Shown piece by piece: positions 27,773 through 38,419 of a stretch of 64,000 nt of DNA. The position numbers and the translations under genes are program-made. The notes beneath the pieces were generated by a model. The model did not search any database and had not been told where the DNA came from. It was given only the letters and a program-made list of their open reading frames with translations. Position 1 is the stretch's first letter; each line of letters opens with the position of its first letter. Source of the stretch: Candidatus Bathyarchaeota archaeon (GTDB taxonomy: Archaea; Thermoproteota; Bathyarchaeia; 40CM-2-53-6); NCBI GenBank assembly GCA_005884195.1, contig VBBP01000051.1:1550-65549 (forward strand), written 5' to 3'.

Positions 27773-28486
27773 TTGGTTCTTCCCGACGGTCCATCGATGG
27801 TTGAAGCCCAATCTGTCTGGAAGATCTACCGGACAGGTTCGTTGAAGGTTGAGGCTCTTAGAGGTCTTGACCTCAAGGTCCGAAAGGGCGAGATGGTGGC
27901 CGTAATGGGCCCTTCGGGCTGTGGCAAGACAACGCTTCTCAACTGTCTTTCCGGGCTTGATGACATTACCAAGGGCAAGGTGGCCATCGAGGGCGTTGAC
28001 CTGGCGACCATGTCTGATGATCAAAAATCCGGGTTTAGGGCGAGAAGGATGGGTTTCATCTTTCAAGCCTACAACCTTCTTCCGGTTCTCAGTGCACAAG
28101 AGAACGTTGAGCTTCCTCTACTCCTAGCGGGCGTATCCGAGGCGGAGGCTGGCAAAGAAGCCTTGAGTGCTCTTAAGATGGTTGGGCTGGAGGAATGGCG
28201 TTTTCACAAGCCTATGGAGCTTAGCGGTGGACAACAACAGCGGGTCACTATTGCTCGTGCTCTGGTCAACAAGCCCGCGATAGTATGGGGCGATGAGCCG
28301 ACTGGGAATTTGGACTCAGAAAACTCTGCAGAGGTTGTCAAGTTGTTGAGAAGTCTGAACCACGACTATGGACTAACGTTCGTGATAGTCACTCATGATT
28401 CTCATATCGCCCAGGAGACTGACAGAATAGTCTCCATGAGGAATGGGCAGGTGGAGAAAGAGACGACAACTGGAACCAAGTCCTGA
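27773..28486 (+). CDS. ABC transporter ATP-binding protein (LolD/MacB-like)
   Basis: [30 protein letters not shown]. Confidence 0.96.
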   Translation: MVLPDGPSMVEAQSVWKIYRTGSLKVEALRGLDLKVRKGEMVAVMGPSGCGKTTLLNCLSGLDDITKGKVAIEGVDLATMSDDQKSGFRARRMGFIFQAYNLLPVLSAQENVELPLLLAGVSEAEAGKEALSALKMVGLEEWRFHKPMELSGGQQQRVTIARALVNKPAIVWGDEPTGNLDSENSAEVVKLLRSLNHDYGLTFVIVTHDSHIAQETDRIVSMRNGQVEKETTTGTKS

Positions 28487-31400
28487 AGAGAGGGGCAATC
28501 GGCTAACGGCAGAAACAAGGTCTCGTGGAAGACCTCTCCTTCTGGGTCTAGTTATCTTCCTCTCGGTAATTGCCCTAGGGGAATCCTACGCACTCTATGT
28601 CAACTACCAGAACGACCTCTTCTTGCGCCAGTACGTCTCCGAAAACCAAACTGGGCTCTTAGTGCAATCCTTAGGACTCCTGGTCTTAGGGCTTGGAGCC
28701 GCTTACCTATCCTTCCTGCTCTCCAGGGCTAAGCCTACGAGCCGAGCAGGACGATATTCTAGGAAGATACTCTCCTTCTCTCCGCTTATTGCGGGTCTAG
28801 CTTCATTGGTTCTCTGGTTCGCGGGCATTAGTAGTATTGTCGGCGGCTCGACCGTTGATTTCGAGATCTACCTCGTAACTGTACTGTTGTTGATCTCGCT
28901 GGGTATGATGCTCCGCGATCGGCTTACTTTCAGAATGGCGTTACGCAATTTTGCCCGTCGAAAGACTAGCATGGCAATAGTCATTCTAGGATTGATGATT
29001 GGGACAGCGATGATCTCCGGTTCCCTTGTAACCCAAGATACTTTCACGGAGCTGTTTACGAGGGGAGCATACTATGGCTATGGTTTTGCAGACGAGGTCG
29101 TCTACGCTAGAAATGTCACTGGCGCTGGGTACCTCTATTTTACAGCGAGCACATCTCAGAACCTCTCTTCTCAACTGACGAGCAATCCCCAGGCGAGTCC
29201 CTTCATTCTAGGATTTACACCAGAGATTCTCGACACCGTCAGCTTGAGCGATACAAACTCCGGGAACGTTCAATCCCCGGCCACTTTGATCGGGACCTTC
29301 TCCAATGCGTCACAGACTCTCGGCGACTTCCATTCGCTTGGCGGATCTGTTATCTCTCCCAATTTCGGCGATGCTGAAGCGATTATCAACGACAAGACTG
29401 CCCGGGACCTAAACGCGACCCTCGGCGACTCTATCGTTGTGTATTCTGCTCTTCGCGCAACTCTCAAGGTAGTTGGAATAGCTGCGTCGGATGCTAGAGG
29501 CTCTTTCTCGGGCAACGACAACATCTTCGTCGGGATGAATGAGGCCCAGCAACTCACTAACCACCCTGGATCCGTTAACTACATCGCGATAACGAACACG
29601 GGAGGATTAAGAGATTCCATACGGCACAGCCAGGTAGTTGGTCTCGCCGCAAACCAGACTCTGAACTCGATCCTCAATCCTCCTCCTGCATACGGGTGCA
29701 AGACAGATCTATCCCAGGCGTCTAGAGCCGCAGCCACAATTTGTGCTTATTCTGAGAAGCAGGTTGCGGTCAACAGTGCGACAACCAGCGCCCAGAGCCT
29801 CAGCAGCTTTCTAATTGTCTTGAGCACGTTCGTCATAGTTGCAGGTATAGTTCTGATAGTGAACATTTTCGTCATGTTAGCCGAGGAGCGCAAGTCGGAG
29901 ATGGGCATGTCCCGAGCCGTAGGCATGAGGAGGGGACAGTTGACCAAGATGTTTCTGTTCGAAGGCAGCCTCTACTCGGCAGGCGCGGCGTTTGTCGGGG
30001 TTTTTGTCGGGATTGCCATAGCTTACGTCATCGTCTACATCTTCGCTACGATTATCGCCAGATTCTTCCCTGTCAACCTGTCGCAAGTACTCGCAAGCTT
30101 CACCTTTACTCCGGGGAGCCTCTTCGCCGCCTTCACCGAGGGCCTGCTCATCACCTACGTGACTATCCTTTTCACCTCTTGGCGGGTGAGTAAGCTGAAC
30201 ATCATACGAGCGATCCGCAACATTCCCGAACCACCGCGAGGAGTGAGGACATACACAGTTCTCTCGATCACGGGCATCATTTTGATCATCCTCGGGGCAC
30301 TCGTGTTCGAGATCTCTTACGGCGCAAAATCAGCGGTGGAGGCTCTAGTCGGGCCGAGCATTGTGATCTTTGGAGTAGGGCTTATCCTCTCCCGTTTCCT
30401 CCGCAACCGGTACGCCTTCACTATAACGGGTATAGCGTTGCTCATCCAGTGGGGCGTGCCAAGTCTTTCTTGGAACAATCCTCTGATTCAAAACTACAAT
30501 TTTGGTGTTGAGATCTACTTCGCCGGAGGTATCCTCATGGTCCTTGGGGGAGTTCTGCTTGTGATGTACAACACTGATGTCACGTTGAAGATCCTTCACA
30601 TCTTCTATCGTGGGAAAAAGACCCTGACGCCAATCTTCAGGACCGCCCTAGCGTATCCGGAGAATAAGAGGTTCAGAACAGCGGCTACGGTGGCCATGTT
30701 TTCCTTGGTATTGTTCACGGTTGCGGCAATAGCCTCGCTCACAGCTGAGCAGAATGCCGCACTAGACAGTCTCGTAAAAACAGACTCTGGCGGATACGAT
30801 ATTATCACTCAAGCCGGAGTTCCCGTCCCCAATTTTGCATCCATGGTCCGCGGTGACTCAGCGTTTCAGAATAACGTCGCATCAGTGATAGATTTCAACA
30901 ATACAATTCTTCTCTCAGCCAATGATACCACCTCGCATCAGAGCTTCTCCTATCCTCTGCTCGTTGGGGCCGACCCCAATGCCTTGGCCGTGACAAACTT
31001 CTATCTCACAAATACGTTCCAGATGGTGAACATGAGTACCCAGTACAAGACTGTCAATGAAACCTGGAAGGCGGTTATGACGGACCCTTCCAAAGTTGTC
31101 TGGTCATTCGGTGCGGTAAGCAATCGTGGACCCCCAACATCGATACCAACACCGAATGTCGATGATGTACTAACTCTCACGGGTTTCGGACCGCAACATA
31201 CTCCGGTGCAGACCAGTGTCACCGTCATTGGACTCGTCAATGGCGTGTTCCTGAACGGCATCGTGGGAACGAGAGCACTATTGATGAATCCCTTTGGAGT
31301 TGGCACGGGAAGCCTCTCCTTCATCAAGCTCACAAAGGGGGCCGATCCCACTAACGTGGCCAACCTGCTGCGGAAGCAGTTCTTGAATCTGAAATTGCAG

Positions 31401-31844
31401 ACTGTTGTCATTCCCGTAGTCCTAGGCGCCTTTCTCCAAATAGGCCAATCATTCGAAGGCTTGCTAGAAGGATTTCTTGGACTAGGCCTCGTTGTCGGCA
31501 TCGCCGGCCTGGGAATAATCTCAATCAGATCGGTTGCCGAGAGAAGACAAGAGATCGGCATACTGCGCGCTCTAGGCTTCAGAAAGAGAATGATACTTGC
31601 CGTCTTCGTGCTGGAGAACAGTTACATTGCATTACTTGGCATATTGATCGGAATCCTCCTTGGGATCGACGTGGGTTATGCGTTCGCCGTTAGTCCGAAC
31701 TCGGGGCTTAACTTCGTGGTCCCCTGGCAACAAATTCTAGAAATCGTCGCTCTCGCCTACGGTCTATCCATGTTAGCAACCATCAGTTCAGCGCGGAGAG
31801 CCTCGAGAATACCACCGGCTGAAGCTCTTAGATACTCAGAGTAG
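28443..31844 (+). CDS. Duplicated FtsX/MacB-type ABC permease
   Basis: Two FtsX motifs ([13 protein letters not shown] and [13 protein letters not shown]), C-terminal PAEALRY; start uncertain. Confidence 0.9.
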   Translation: MGRWRKRRQLEPSPEERGNRLTAETRSRGRPLLLGLVIFLSVIALGESYALYVNYQNDLFLRQYVSENQTGLLVQSLGLLVLGLGAAYLSFLLSRAKPTSRAGRYSRKILSFSPLIAGLASLVLWFAGISSIVGGSTVDFEIYLVTVLLLISLGMMLRDRLTFRMALRNFARRKTSMAIVILGLMIGTAMISGSLVTQDTFTELFTRGAYYGYGFADEVVYARNVTGAGYLYFTASTSQNLSSQLTSNPQASPFILGFTPEILDTVSLSDTNSGNVQSPATLIGTFSNASQTLGDFHSLGGSVISPNFGDAEAIINDKTARDLNATLGDSIVVYSALRATLKVVGIAASDARGSFSGNDNIFVGMNEAQQLTNHPGSVNYIAITNTGGLRDSIRHSQVVGLAANQTLNSILNPPPAYGCKTDLSQASRAAATICAYSEKQVAVNSATTSAQSLSSFLIVLSTFVIVAGIVLIVNIFVMLAEERKSEMGMSRAVGMRRGQLTKMFLFEGSLYSAGAAFVGVFVGIAIAYVIVYIFATIIARFFPVNLSQVLASFTFTPGSLFAAFTEGLLITYVTILFTSWRVSKLNIIRAIRNIPEPPRGVRTYTVLSITGIILIILGALVFEISYGAKSAVEALVGPSIVIFGVGLILSRFLRNRYAFTITGIALLIQWGVPSLSWNNPLIQNYNFGVEIYFAGGILMVLGGVLLVMYNTDVTLKILHIFYRGKKTLTPIFRTALAYPENKRFRTAATVAMFSLVLFTVAAIASLTAEQNAALDSLVKTDSGGYDIITQAGVPVPNFASMVRGDSAFQNNVASVIDFNNTILLSANDTTSHQSFSYPLLVGADPNALAVTNFYLTNTFQMVNMSTQYKTVNETWKAVMTDPSKVVWSFGAVSNRGPPTSIPTPNVDDVLTLTGFGPQHTPVQTSVTVIGLVNGVFLNGIVGTRALLMNPFGVGTGSLSFIKLTKGADPTNVANLLRKQFLNLKLQTVVIPVVLGAFLQIGQSFEGLLEGFLGLGLVVGIAGLGIISIRSVAERRQEIGILRALGFRKRMILAVFVLENSYIALLGILIGILLGIDVGYAFAVSPNSGLNFVVPWQQILEIVALAYGLSMLATISSARRASRIPPAEALRYSE

Positions 31845-31859
31845 TTTCGGATCTCGGAT

Positions 31860-32999
31860 CTACTTTCCTCTCGTTCTCTTCGTCGTTTCGCTAGCCGCTT
31901 CCTTCAATAATCTGTTCGTGCTCTCAGTGCTTCCTCCGAGTCTGACTGTTTGTTCATGCTGATCGGAAAGTCGTTTTGTGGCCTCGATGAGGTCAGTACG
32001 CCGAGTCTGTTCTGCATTCGCAGACAGCTGGTTCATAGTTTTGGTGGCTTCTTTTAGTTGCCCCGCGGCAAGGTGCTGGTAGTATTCTTCCAGCCCTTGG
32101 TAGTATGCGAATTCCGAGACTAGGTTGTTGTTGATTCCTTCCGAGAACTGTTCCTCGTTCCTAGCGACTCTAACCTCTACAGGGGCACTGATAGTCTTTT
32201 TCTTGTCATCGATCGTGTCAGAGTACGTGACTTGAATGTTGAGCAGTCTACCGTTGAATCCTGCCGGTATTGGAACACGGCCCCAGATCTTTGCAACCGT
32301 TTCCACAGCGTTGATCGAGACTGGGGGTCCCTTGTAGTTGAGAATCTTGACCTCAGGGCTTCCAAAGTCCACACTTATGTTTCTGGCGCCAACCTCGTTT
32401 ACCGCGCTCTCCTGCATTAGGCTGGGGAGCTTGAGTTTCTGGGCGTCCGTGATGTTGTGGAGCATACCGCCAGATGCGTCGGCGAGAGCCTTCAAGATCG
32501 ACTGGTTATAATCCGCGCCGATGCCAAACTCGATCATCTGAAACCCTGTAGGCATTTTCAGCTTCGAATACTGTTCGGGCTTGGTGACATCTGTGGGTTC
32601 ACCGTCGGTGAGAAGAACGATCCATCCGGGTAGGCGGCTCTTCTGCGCTATTTCAAATGCTGACTGGAGTGCTGCGTAGAGAGCTGTCAAACCTGACGCT
32701 CTGATCTTGGGAAGAACCTCTGAAAGCTTGGTTTCAGGATACGCTTGGACGGTGCTTGAAAACAGGACTACAGAGACCATGTTTCCAGAAGGAATACTCT
32801 TCACATATTCCTGCGCGCCGTTCTTTGCAAGCTCGATTTTCTGGCCGTCCATCGATTTGCTAGTGTCGAGGACGATTATGTGGTGGAAGCCTTTCGCTTG
32901 CGTACGCCTCTCTGCGACCAGAGTGAGCTTGAAAATCGCGTCTATCTTCGAATCGTACGAGTAAGTGTGGCTCAGCTCGGTTCTAGCTGACAGTGTCAT
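31860..32999 (-). CDS. vWA domain protein (ArnB-like)
   Basis: MIDAS motifs DTSKS, T.LY.AL, LLTDG; C-terminal helical region with repeated Thr-Lys/Arg motifs. Confidence 0.9.
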   Translation of the reverse strand: MTLSARTELSHTYSYDSKIDAIFKLTLVAERRTQAKGFHHIIVLDTSKSMDGQKIELAKNGAQEYVKSIPSGNMVSVVLFSSTVQAYPETKLSEVLPKIRASGLTALYAALQSAFEIAQKSRLPGWIVLLTDGEPTDVTKPEQYSKLKMPTGFQMIEFGIGADYNQSILKALADASGGMLHNITDAQKLKLPSLMQESAVNEVGARNISVDFGSPEVKILNYKGPPVSINAVETVAKIWGRVPIPAGFNGRLLNIQVTYSDTIDDKKKTISAPVEVRVARNEEQFSEGINNNLVSEFAYYQGLEEYYQHLAAGQLKEATKTMNQLSANAEQTRRTDLIEATKRLSDQHEQTVRLGGSTESTNRLLKEAASETTKRTRGK

Positions 33000-33781
33000 A
33001 GTGTGACCTTCTCCATTTTCTCATCTTCCAGAACCAGTACGCCGGCGGCGCCGCCATGGTACTTGCTTGTGAAAATTGTCATTACTTTTCCTCCGAGGTC
33101 TTCTCTAAACCCATCAACGACCTCGTGGCCACGAATAATGCCCTTGAGGGAGTTGTTCGTCAAGAATTTCTCTGTTACATCGCTGCCATAGTAGAAGGCT
33201 CCGTCTCCCCTTACGCTTGGGATGAAACCCTCGATCATGTCTCTAGGGTCGTTCCATAGAAGCTGAAATGCCGTCGGATCGTCAGGGTTCATGTCAGGAA
33301 AAGGCAGGTCGGCAATCTGGGACACACTGTCCAGAGTAGTCGCTAAACCGCCGTGGAGGCAGAGGTAGCTGTTGACAACGACGGCGTACGGCATGGCTTG
33401 AAAGAACTCTTTGAACTGATCATAAGCAGTCTCTCCTAGCTTCTCTGTAACCTCCGCACAAAAGCCGTAGTAGGCGTTTGTCAAGGGGCTCTCGTGGTTT
33501 CCCCTCAACATTATGATCTTGGTAGGATCTTCGAGAAGCTTTGAAGCTATTAGGCCTAGATTCTCCACACCCGTCTCTCCTCTGTCCACATAGTCACCAA
33601 GGAAGACGATCAGGTCGCTATCCGCGTAGTACTTGTCGAAGATAGTTTGTGTAAGGTCGACTGCCGTATGAGTGTCTCCGACGAAGACTACTCTCTTTTC
33701 CCGCCTCGAGTCGAGGAGTGGTCCTTCCATCTTTTCTTTTGCCTCAAGTATGAGCCTGGGGGTTTCTAGGGCTTCAATCAT
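32996..33781 (-). CDS. PPP-family Ser/Thr protein phosphatase
   Basis: GDTH, GDYVDRG, RGNHE, HGG, LWNDP, RGHE. Confidence 0.95.
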   Translation of the reverse strand: MIEALETPRLILEAKEKMEGPLLDSRREKRVVFVGDTHTAVDLTQTIFDKYYADSDLIVFLGDYVDRGETGVENLGLIASKLLEDPTKIIMLRGNHESPLTNAYYGFCAEVTEKLGETAYDQFKEFFQAMPYAVVVNSYLCLHGGLATTLDSVSQIADLPFPDMNPDDPTAFQLLWNDPRDMIEGFIPSVRGDGAFYYGSDVTEKFLTNNSLKGIIRGHEVVDGFREDLGGKVMTIFTSKYHGGAAGVLVLEDEKMEKVTL

Positions 33782-34512
33782 TCACCAGTGAGCCTCACGA
33801 TAGTGCCAGTGCCGAACTTTACTATACTGTTCGGTTTAACCTCGACACTATCGTGAACCTGCTGGAATTCCTTTCCATTGTAGAGAAATGTACCGTTCTT
33901 GCTGTTCAGATCCTTCAACATCAGCCTGGTTCCGCTCATTGTGAGTTCTGCATGTTTTCTTGAGACTTCTTGGTCCGGGATGACGACCACGTTCTCTGGG
34001 CTTCGTCCGATGCTAACAACGGGGAAGTCGTCGAACTCGATCGGCACCTTTGATTTGATGAGAGACTGTGCAGGAGTGTTCACGAAGACCATGTAGAATC
34101 GTCCGTGTCCAACCGTCGGACTAGGGGGTGCCTGGCTGTATGGGGTAGGGGTTGGCAGGAAGGGGGTAGTTTCAGGTTCAGGTGATGGCGGCTCCAATTT
34201 TGCGCTATCAGTGTCGAAGGAGAAAATTGTCGGTTCAGGCGGTGTTTCCTCTGCATCTGTTTTCTCAGGCTCTGGCGCCTCGAGAGGTTCCGGTTCCTCT
34301 GTTGGCTCTATTGTTGGTTCCACTGCTGGTTCTATTGGTTTCGGCGTCGCTGAGTCTCCAGCTCTGTCTCCCCCGCAAGACACGCAAGTCTGTTTTGAAT
34401 CAGGATTGTCAGCTCCGCACGCTGAACACGTCCAGATTAGAGTCTCTGCAGAGTCCGCGTCAAGGTCAGGATCTTTCTGCTTTGCCTTATGCTTGATAGA
34501 TAGACGCTTCAT
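33778..34512 (-). CDS. RanBP2-type zinc finger plus FHA protein (ArnA-like)
   Basis: W-x-C-x2-C-x3-N-x6-C-x2-C, P/E-rich linker, FHA motifs IGR, SRKH, NGT. Confidence 0.93.
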   Translation of the reverse strand: MKRLSIKHKAKQKDPDLDADSAETLIWTCSACGADNPDSKQTCVSCGGDRAGDSATPKPIEPAVEPTIEPTEEPEPLEAPEPEKTDAEETPPEPTIFSFDTDSAKLEPPSPEPETTPFLPTPTPYSQAPPSPTVGHGRFYMVFVNTPAQSLIKSKVPIEFDDFPVVSIGRSPENVVVIPDQEVSRKHAELTMSGTRLMLKDLNSKNGTFLYNGKEFQQVHDSVEVKPNSIVKFGTGTIVRLTGE

Positions 34513-34649
34513 GAATGCACTCTTCTGTCCTACCGGTTTCCGAGCATGTAATTGCGTTGGAACGAAAACCCCCCAGTGTCGGTCACACCCTTGATTACTA
34601 GGAATTCGAGTATTGCAAGTCTGCTCAATAGGAAGGCGCTTGCTCGTAG

Positions 34650-36821
34650 TTGCCGCAGTTGAAGAAAGCCCGCGGCCTTCCCTTCACGCGGGATTCTCTC
34701 GGACCGATCCTCACGGTAGTCCTCTCTGTGCCGATAGCCTTCCTCTTCGGTCTGGGAATACAAGGTGATTCCTCAGCTTACATTATCGGACTAGTCAGCC
34801 TCGGCGTTCTAACCTCTCTCGATCTACGGAGCGGGATCTCAAAGGTCAGCGTCGGATTTGCAGTTTCGTTTCTTGGCTCTCTCTATGTTATCGGACACTC
34901 TGTTTCAGGGCAGGGCTTTTCGCCTTTGTCGTTTGGGGATTTGTCCCTACTCCTCATCGCTCTGCCCCCTTCGATTGGAGTCCTCCTAGCCGGTCTTATC
35001 TTCTCTCGGGCCACACCCTACAAGATGATCAAGGCAAATGTCGTAGCATCCATCGCGTTAGCGGTCGGGCTGGGCTTGGGATCCGCTCTTAAAGCCGGTT
35101 CAGCCTTGTCAGTTGACTCGCTAACCATCGTTTTCTTCATCGCGCTTGGCATACCTGCGAACATTGCTCAGATGGTTCTCTTCCACTTCCTGGACAAGGT
35201 GTGGCGGACCAAGAATCTCTCGATGTCAATGATGCCCACCTTGTTCTTCAGCTTCAATCTGCTCGCCGTCTTAGGATTTGTCGCCTCTGGAGACCTGAGA
35301 CAGCTCTACCCATTCGTCTCCTCCCTTGGATTCTTGCCCGCGTTGGCGTTGGTCGGGGCCGGCTCCAGTAACCTAGCGCATAGAATCTTATTGGGTCCTA
35401 GCCTTGGACCAACAATTACCATCACGGGAGCGCCGATCGTTCGCCAAGGCAAAGAACAGACAATCAAGATCGCCACCAAATTTGGCGGGCAGGTAAAGAA
35501 AATGGCCAAGATTGTGGCAACGATAACACGGCCTGGAGGCAAGACTGATTCTCTGAAAGTGTCACAAGTTTCGACGGGAGAGTACAGCGCGCAGTATCGG
35601 CCAGGGGGATCCGGCAGCTACGCTGTTCATATTGCTGCAACGAGCAACGAACATCAGACGGTTAACGAGTCGTTTTCCTTCAACGTCCAGTCTCCTCAAT
35701 CGAGTCCTCCTCCGCCGACAATATCGAATCCACAATCTCCAAGTCGTCCGCCGCCACAACCGTCTATCCAGCCTTCCCCTAGTCCGCCTCCGCGTCCTGC
35801 GGCACCGTTTGTCAAAGGCAGTATTCCAAAGCTGGACAACTGGGACCCGAGGGTTTGGGTTGGTCAAGAGGTTCACAGCTACAAGATAACCGAGCACTTG
35901 GCCACAGGGCTCACAGGGTATGTCTTCCGGGCTAGCTTTGGGCAGGCGGGGACCGAAATGGCAATCAAGATTCCAATCCTCAAAACCGGAACAGGGGCCT
36001 CGGCTCTCGAGGAGACCATGTCCGAAGCCACACGGCTACTGGAGTTGTCGGCGCAGTCAAAATACGTAGTCCAGCTTAGAGGAATCCTAGTGGACCGGCT
36101 CAACATTCAGGAAATCGTGAAAGGAGATACACAGCTGTATCTTCGCAGTCCTCCCGCAATTGTAATGGAATTGATGAAAGGCGGTGCTGCTAAGGGACTT
36201 CTGGAAGATCCTGCGTATGATTCGTTGTATTATTCGGAGAAATGGGGAGGTATTGTCATGCTGATCGGCTCCCTGATTGCGACTGGACTAGAGACGATTC
36301 ACAATGCGGGCTTTGTCCATCTCGATGTGAAACCGCAGAACATTCTATTCAACCTGCGACCACCCGCTACGGGGCAGGAGATGAGGGACCAGATGAAGTC
36401 TGGAAACCTTGTGCCAAAGCTAGCTGATCTCGGGTCCGTCGTCAGGATCGGGGGTAAAGTCGGCCAGTTCACCTCGGAATACGCTCCAGGCGAACAAGTC
36501 TTGGGAGAAGGCGCTGCAGCCTCCATGGACATTTACGCGCTAGGAGCAACCATCTACAATATGCTGACAAAAACTCCTGCGAATTCCAAGAAGCTTATTG
36601 AATTGATGAACGCGACCACTGCCAATCCCGGGTCCGGCAGAATAGCGAGCGATCTGAAATCGGCTTGGAATTCGTTCAACCCTGATTTCGAGAGGGTTTC
36701 CAAGCTCGCACCGGCGGTCCCTGTATTCAAGAAAATGTTGGATAAGGACCCCCGGCATCGACCGTCTGCAGGGTCCGCGGCCGCTTCGCTCCGAGAACTT
36801 GGAGACAAAGCGCTAGCCTAG
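34650..36821 (+). CDS. Multi-TM Hanks-type Ser/Thr protein kinase
   Basis: About 8 N-terminal TM segments, Ig-like beta domain, Pro-rich linker, AIK, HLDVKPQN, DLG, APGE, DIYALG. Confidence 0.93.
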   Translation: MPQLKKARGLPFTRDSLGPILTVVLSVPIAFLFGLGIQGDSSAYIIGLVSLGVLTSLDLRSGISKVSVGFAVSFLGSLYVIGHSVSGQGFSPLSFGDLSLLLIALPPSIGVLLAGLIFSRATPYKMIKANVVASIALAVGLGLGSALKAGSALSVDSLTIVFFIALGIPANIAQMVLFHFLDKVWRTKNLSMSMMPTLFFSFNLLAVLGFVASGDLRQLYPFVSSLGFLPALALVGAGSSNLAHRILLGPSLGPTITITGAPIVRQGKEQTIKIATKFGGQVKKMAKIVATITRPGGKTDSLKVSQVSTGEYSAQYRPGGSGSYAVHIAATSNEHQTVNESFSFNVQSPQSSPPPPTISNPQSPSRPPPQPSIQPSPSPPPRPAAPFVKGSIPKLDNWDPRVWVGQEVHSYKITEHLATGLTGYVFRASFGQAGTEMAIKIPILKTGTGASALEETMSEATRLLELSAQSKYVVQLRGILVDRLNIQEIVKGDTQLYLRSPPAIVMELMKGGAAKGLLEDPAYDSLYYSEKWGGIVMLIGSLIATGLETIHNAGFVHLDVKPQNILFNLRPPATGQEMRDQMKSGNLVPKLADLGSVVRIGGKVGQFTSEYAPGEQVLGEGAAASMDIYALGATIYNMLTKTPANSKKLIELMNATTANPGSGRIASDLKSAWNSFNPDFERVSKLAPAVPVFKKMLDKDPRHRPSAGSAAASLRELGDKALA

Positions 36822-36917
36822 ACAGTCGACCGGGATCTCACCGCAACGAGGTCGCTGGTGACTTGGGACGCTTAACTTGGAAATGAGCTGAGTTAAGCCT
36901 AGGAGTCCGTTCCTACG

Positions 36918-37841
36918 CTATGCTTCCTCATATACCGAGGCGCGATGGGTCTCCGGCATGAACGCGTACAATTTGCCGGTGTGCTGGTTGAACGCGATTG
37001 TGTGGGTTCCGGGTTCAGTCATGACCGTTTGAATCTCTCTCATGGTTTTCGTGTCGAAGACTTGTACGACAGCCGGGTCGGCGATTGTCACGTACAAGTG
37101 GTCGAGTTCCGGGTTATAGAATATGACATCAGGGGGTCCCGCAAGCTTGGAGGGTTCTGAGATCATTTTCGATTCAAGGTCGATCTCGTAGAGGTGGCCT
37201 TCATCGCAGGCGCAGAACAGGCGCCTCCCTAGCCGGTCGAGGTCCAGCCCGTGTGGACCTGCAGATGGAATACGATAAGACTCCACTAGTCCGTCAGGAT
37301 CTTCCGAGTCGAGCATGGCAATTTCGCTGGGGTCGGCTATGTTCACGTAGAACCGTTTTGTATCGGGATCGAAGACAGCCCATCTTGTCCGCCCAGGAAC
37401 CGCAACATCCGCTGTCATTGTCTTCTTTGCCACGTCGACTATGGACACTGTGACGGCATCTCTGTTGTTCGGCTTGGGAACGTTGGCAGCTAGGAGCATG
37501 TTGGTCGAATGGTTGAAGGCAAGTCCGTTAGGCCTACCGCCAACCTTGATCTTCTGCAAACCCTGGTCTTCTCCGTGGCCAAAGACGCCGACCGTGTTCT
37601 CTCCACGATTAGACGTGAACACCATATCCTTCTCGTCGGAAACTAGAACCCCTGCTACACCTGTCAAGTTTCGAATCGATCTCAGGTACTTGTCTTGGCG
37701 GCAGTCAATAACGTCTACACTATCGTTGGATGTGTGAGCCACGTAGAGGGTGGAGGATTTTAGATGGACCGCCGCGTGATCGAATCCCCCCTTTCCTTGA
37801 TTTGGAGGGAGTTCGATGTATCCTAGACGTCGAAGGGTGAT
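36918..37841 (-). CDS. YVTN/YncE-like beta-propeller; probable ATC start
   Basis: Propeller repeats (PNGLAF, PHGLDLD, HTIAF); first blade GGFDHAAVH..LYVAH lies upstream of the track start. Confidence 0.8.
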   Translation of the reverse strand: MTLRRLGYIELPPNQGKGGFDHAAVHLKSSTLYVAHTSNDSVDVIDCRQDKYLRSIRNLTGVAGVLVSDEKDMVFTSNRGENTVGVFGHGEDQGLQKIKVGGRPNGLAFNHSTNMLLAANVPKPNNRDAVTVSIVDVAKKTMTADVAVPGRTRWAVFDPDTKRFYVNIADPSEIAMLDSEDPDGLVESYRIPSAGPHGLDLDRLGRRLFCACDEGHLYEIDLESKMISEPSKLAGPPDVIFYNPELDHLYVTIADPAVVQVFDTKTMREIQTVMTEPGTHTIAFNQHTGKLYAFMPETHRASVYEEA

Positions 37842-37849
37842 ACGAGACC

Positions 37850-38329
37850 CTACCGACTCGGTTGCGAAACGTTGTACTCGAGTTTCTGCGTTCCTTCGAC
37901 CTGGAGCTGACAGTACTTGTAGAGCGCATCATACGTAGGGAACTGAAGTCTCATGTTGTCAAAGTCGTCCTTCGCAAGGTTTCGGAAACCATGTGCTATG
38001 GCTTCGAGACCCGCTGATTCCGGTGGAGCATCGGGGATTTTCGCGTCTGCCCCTCTAACTATCTTCGCCAGCTCCAACAGCGCGGGATCCTTGAGTTTGT
38101 ACTTCTTGATGATAGCGTCGAAGCTGACGTATTCCTTTCCGTCCTCTTTGTAGTGCGTCAACTCTATTCCCTTAGCGTCATAGGGTATCGCACCTGTTTC
38201 CTTGACCACCTGCGGTATGTTTTCGGGAGGGACAAAGAGAAATTCGGGATTCTTATCCACGAACTTCTTGATCAGCCAGGGACAGGCTATCCTGTCCACC
38301 TTTGCTTTTTCTCGGGTTACCCATTTCAT
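37850..38329 (-). CDS. ChrB-domain (chromate resistance exported-type) protein
   Basis: MKWVTRE..KVDRIACPWLI.KF.D, SFDAII..Y.L.DPAL..LA.IVRGAD, YDALY. Confidence 0.88.
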   Translation of the reverse strand: MKWVTREKAKVDRIACPWLIKKFVDKNPEFLFVPPENIPQVVKETGAIPYDAKGIELTHYKEDGKEYVSFDAIIKKYKLKDPALLELAKIVRGADAKIPDAPPESAGLEAIAHGFRNLAKDDFDNMRLQFPTYDALYKYCQLQVEGTQKLEYNVSQPSR

Positions 38330-38344
38330 CTCATTTTGCACCTA

Positions 38345-38372
38345 TAGATGTTCTACATAGATAGAACATCTA
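38345..38372. promoter_or_regulatory. Perfect 11-bp inverted repeat TAGATGTTCTA-N6-TAGAACATCTA (probable PadR operator)
   Basis: Between divergent ChrB-domain and PadR genes; each arm is itself TAGA-N3-TCTA. Confidence 0.75.
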
Positions 38373-38419
38373 CGCATATAAGGCTAACTCACTCGTTGCT
38401 GCAGCAGAGGAATCGATTA

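Noticed and set aside
38345..38372. dif/Xer site (11-6-11 geometry)
   Set aside because: Arms lack the TTAT/ATAA inner core, and the position between PadR and its divergent target fits an operator better.
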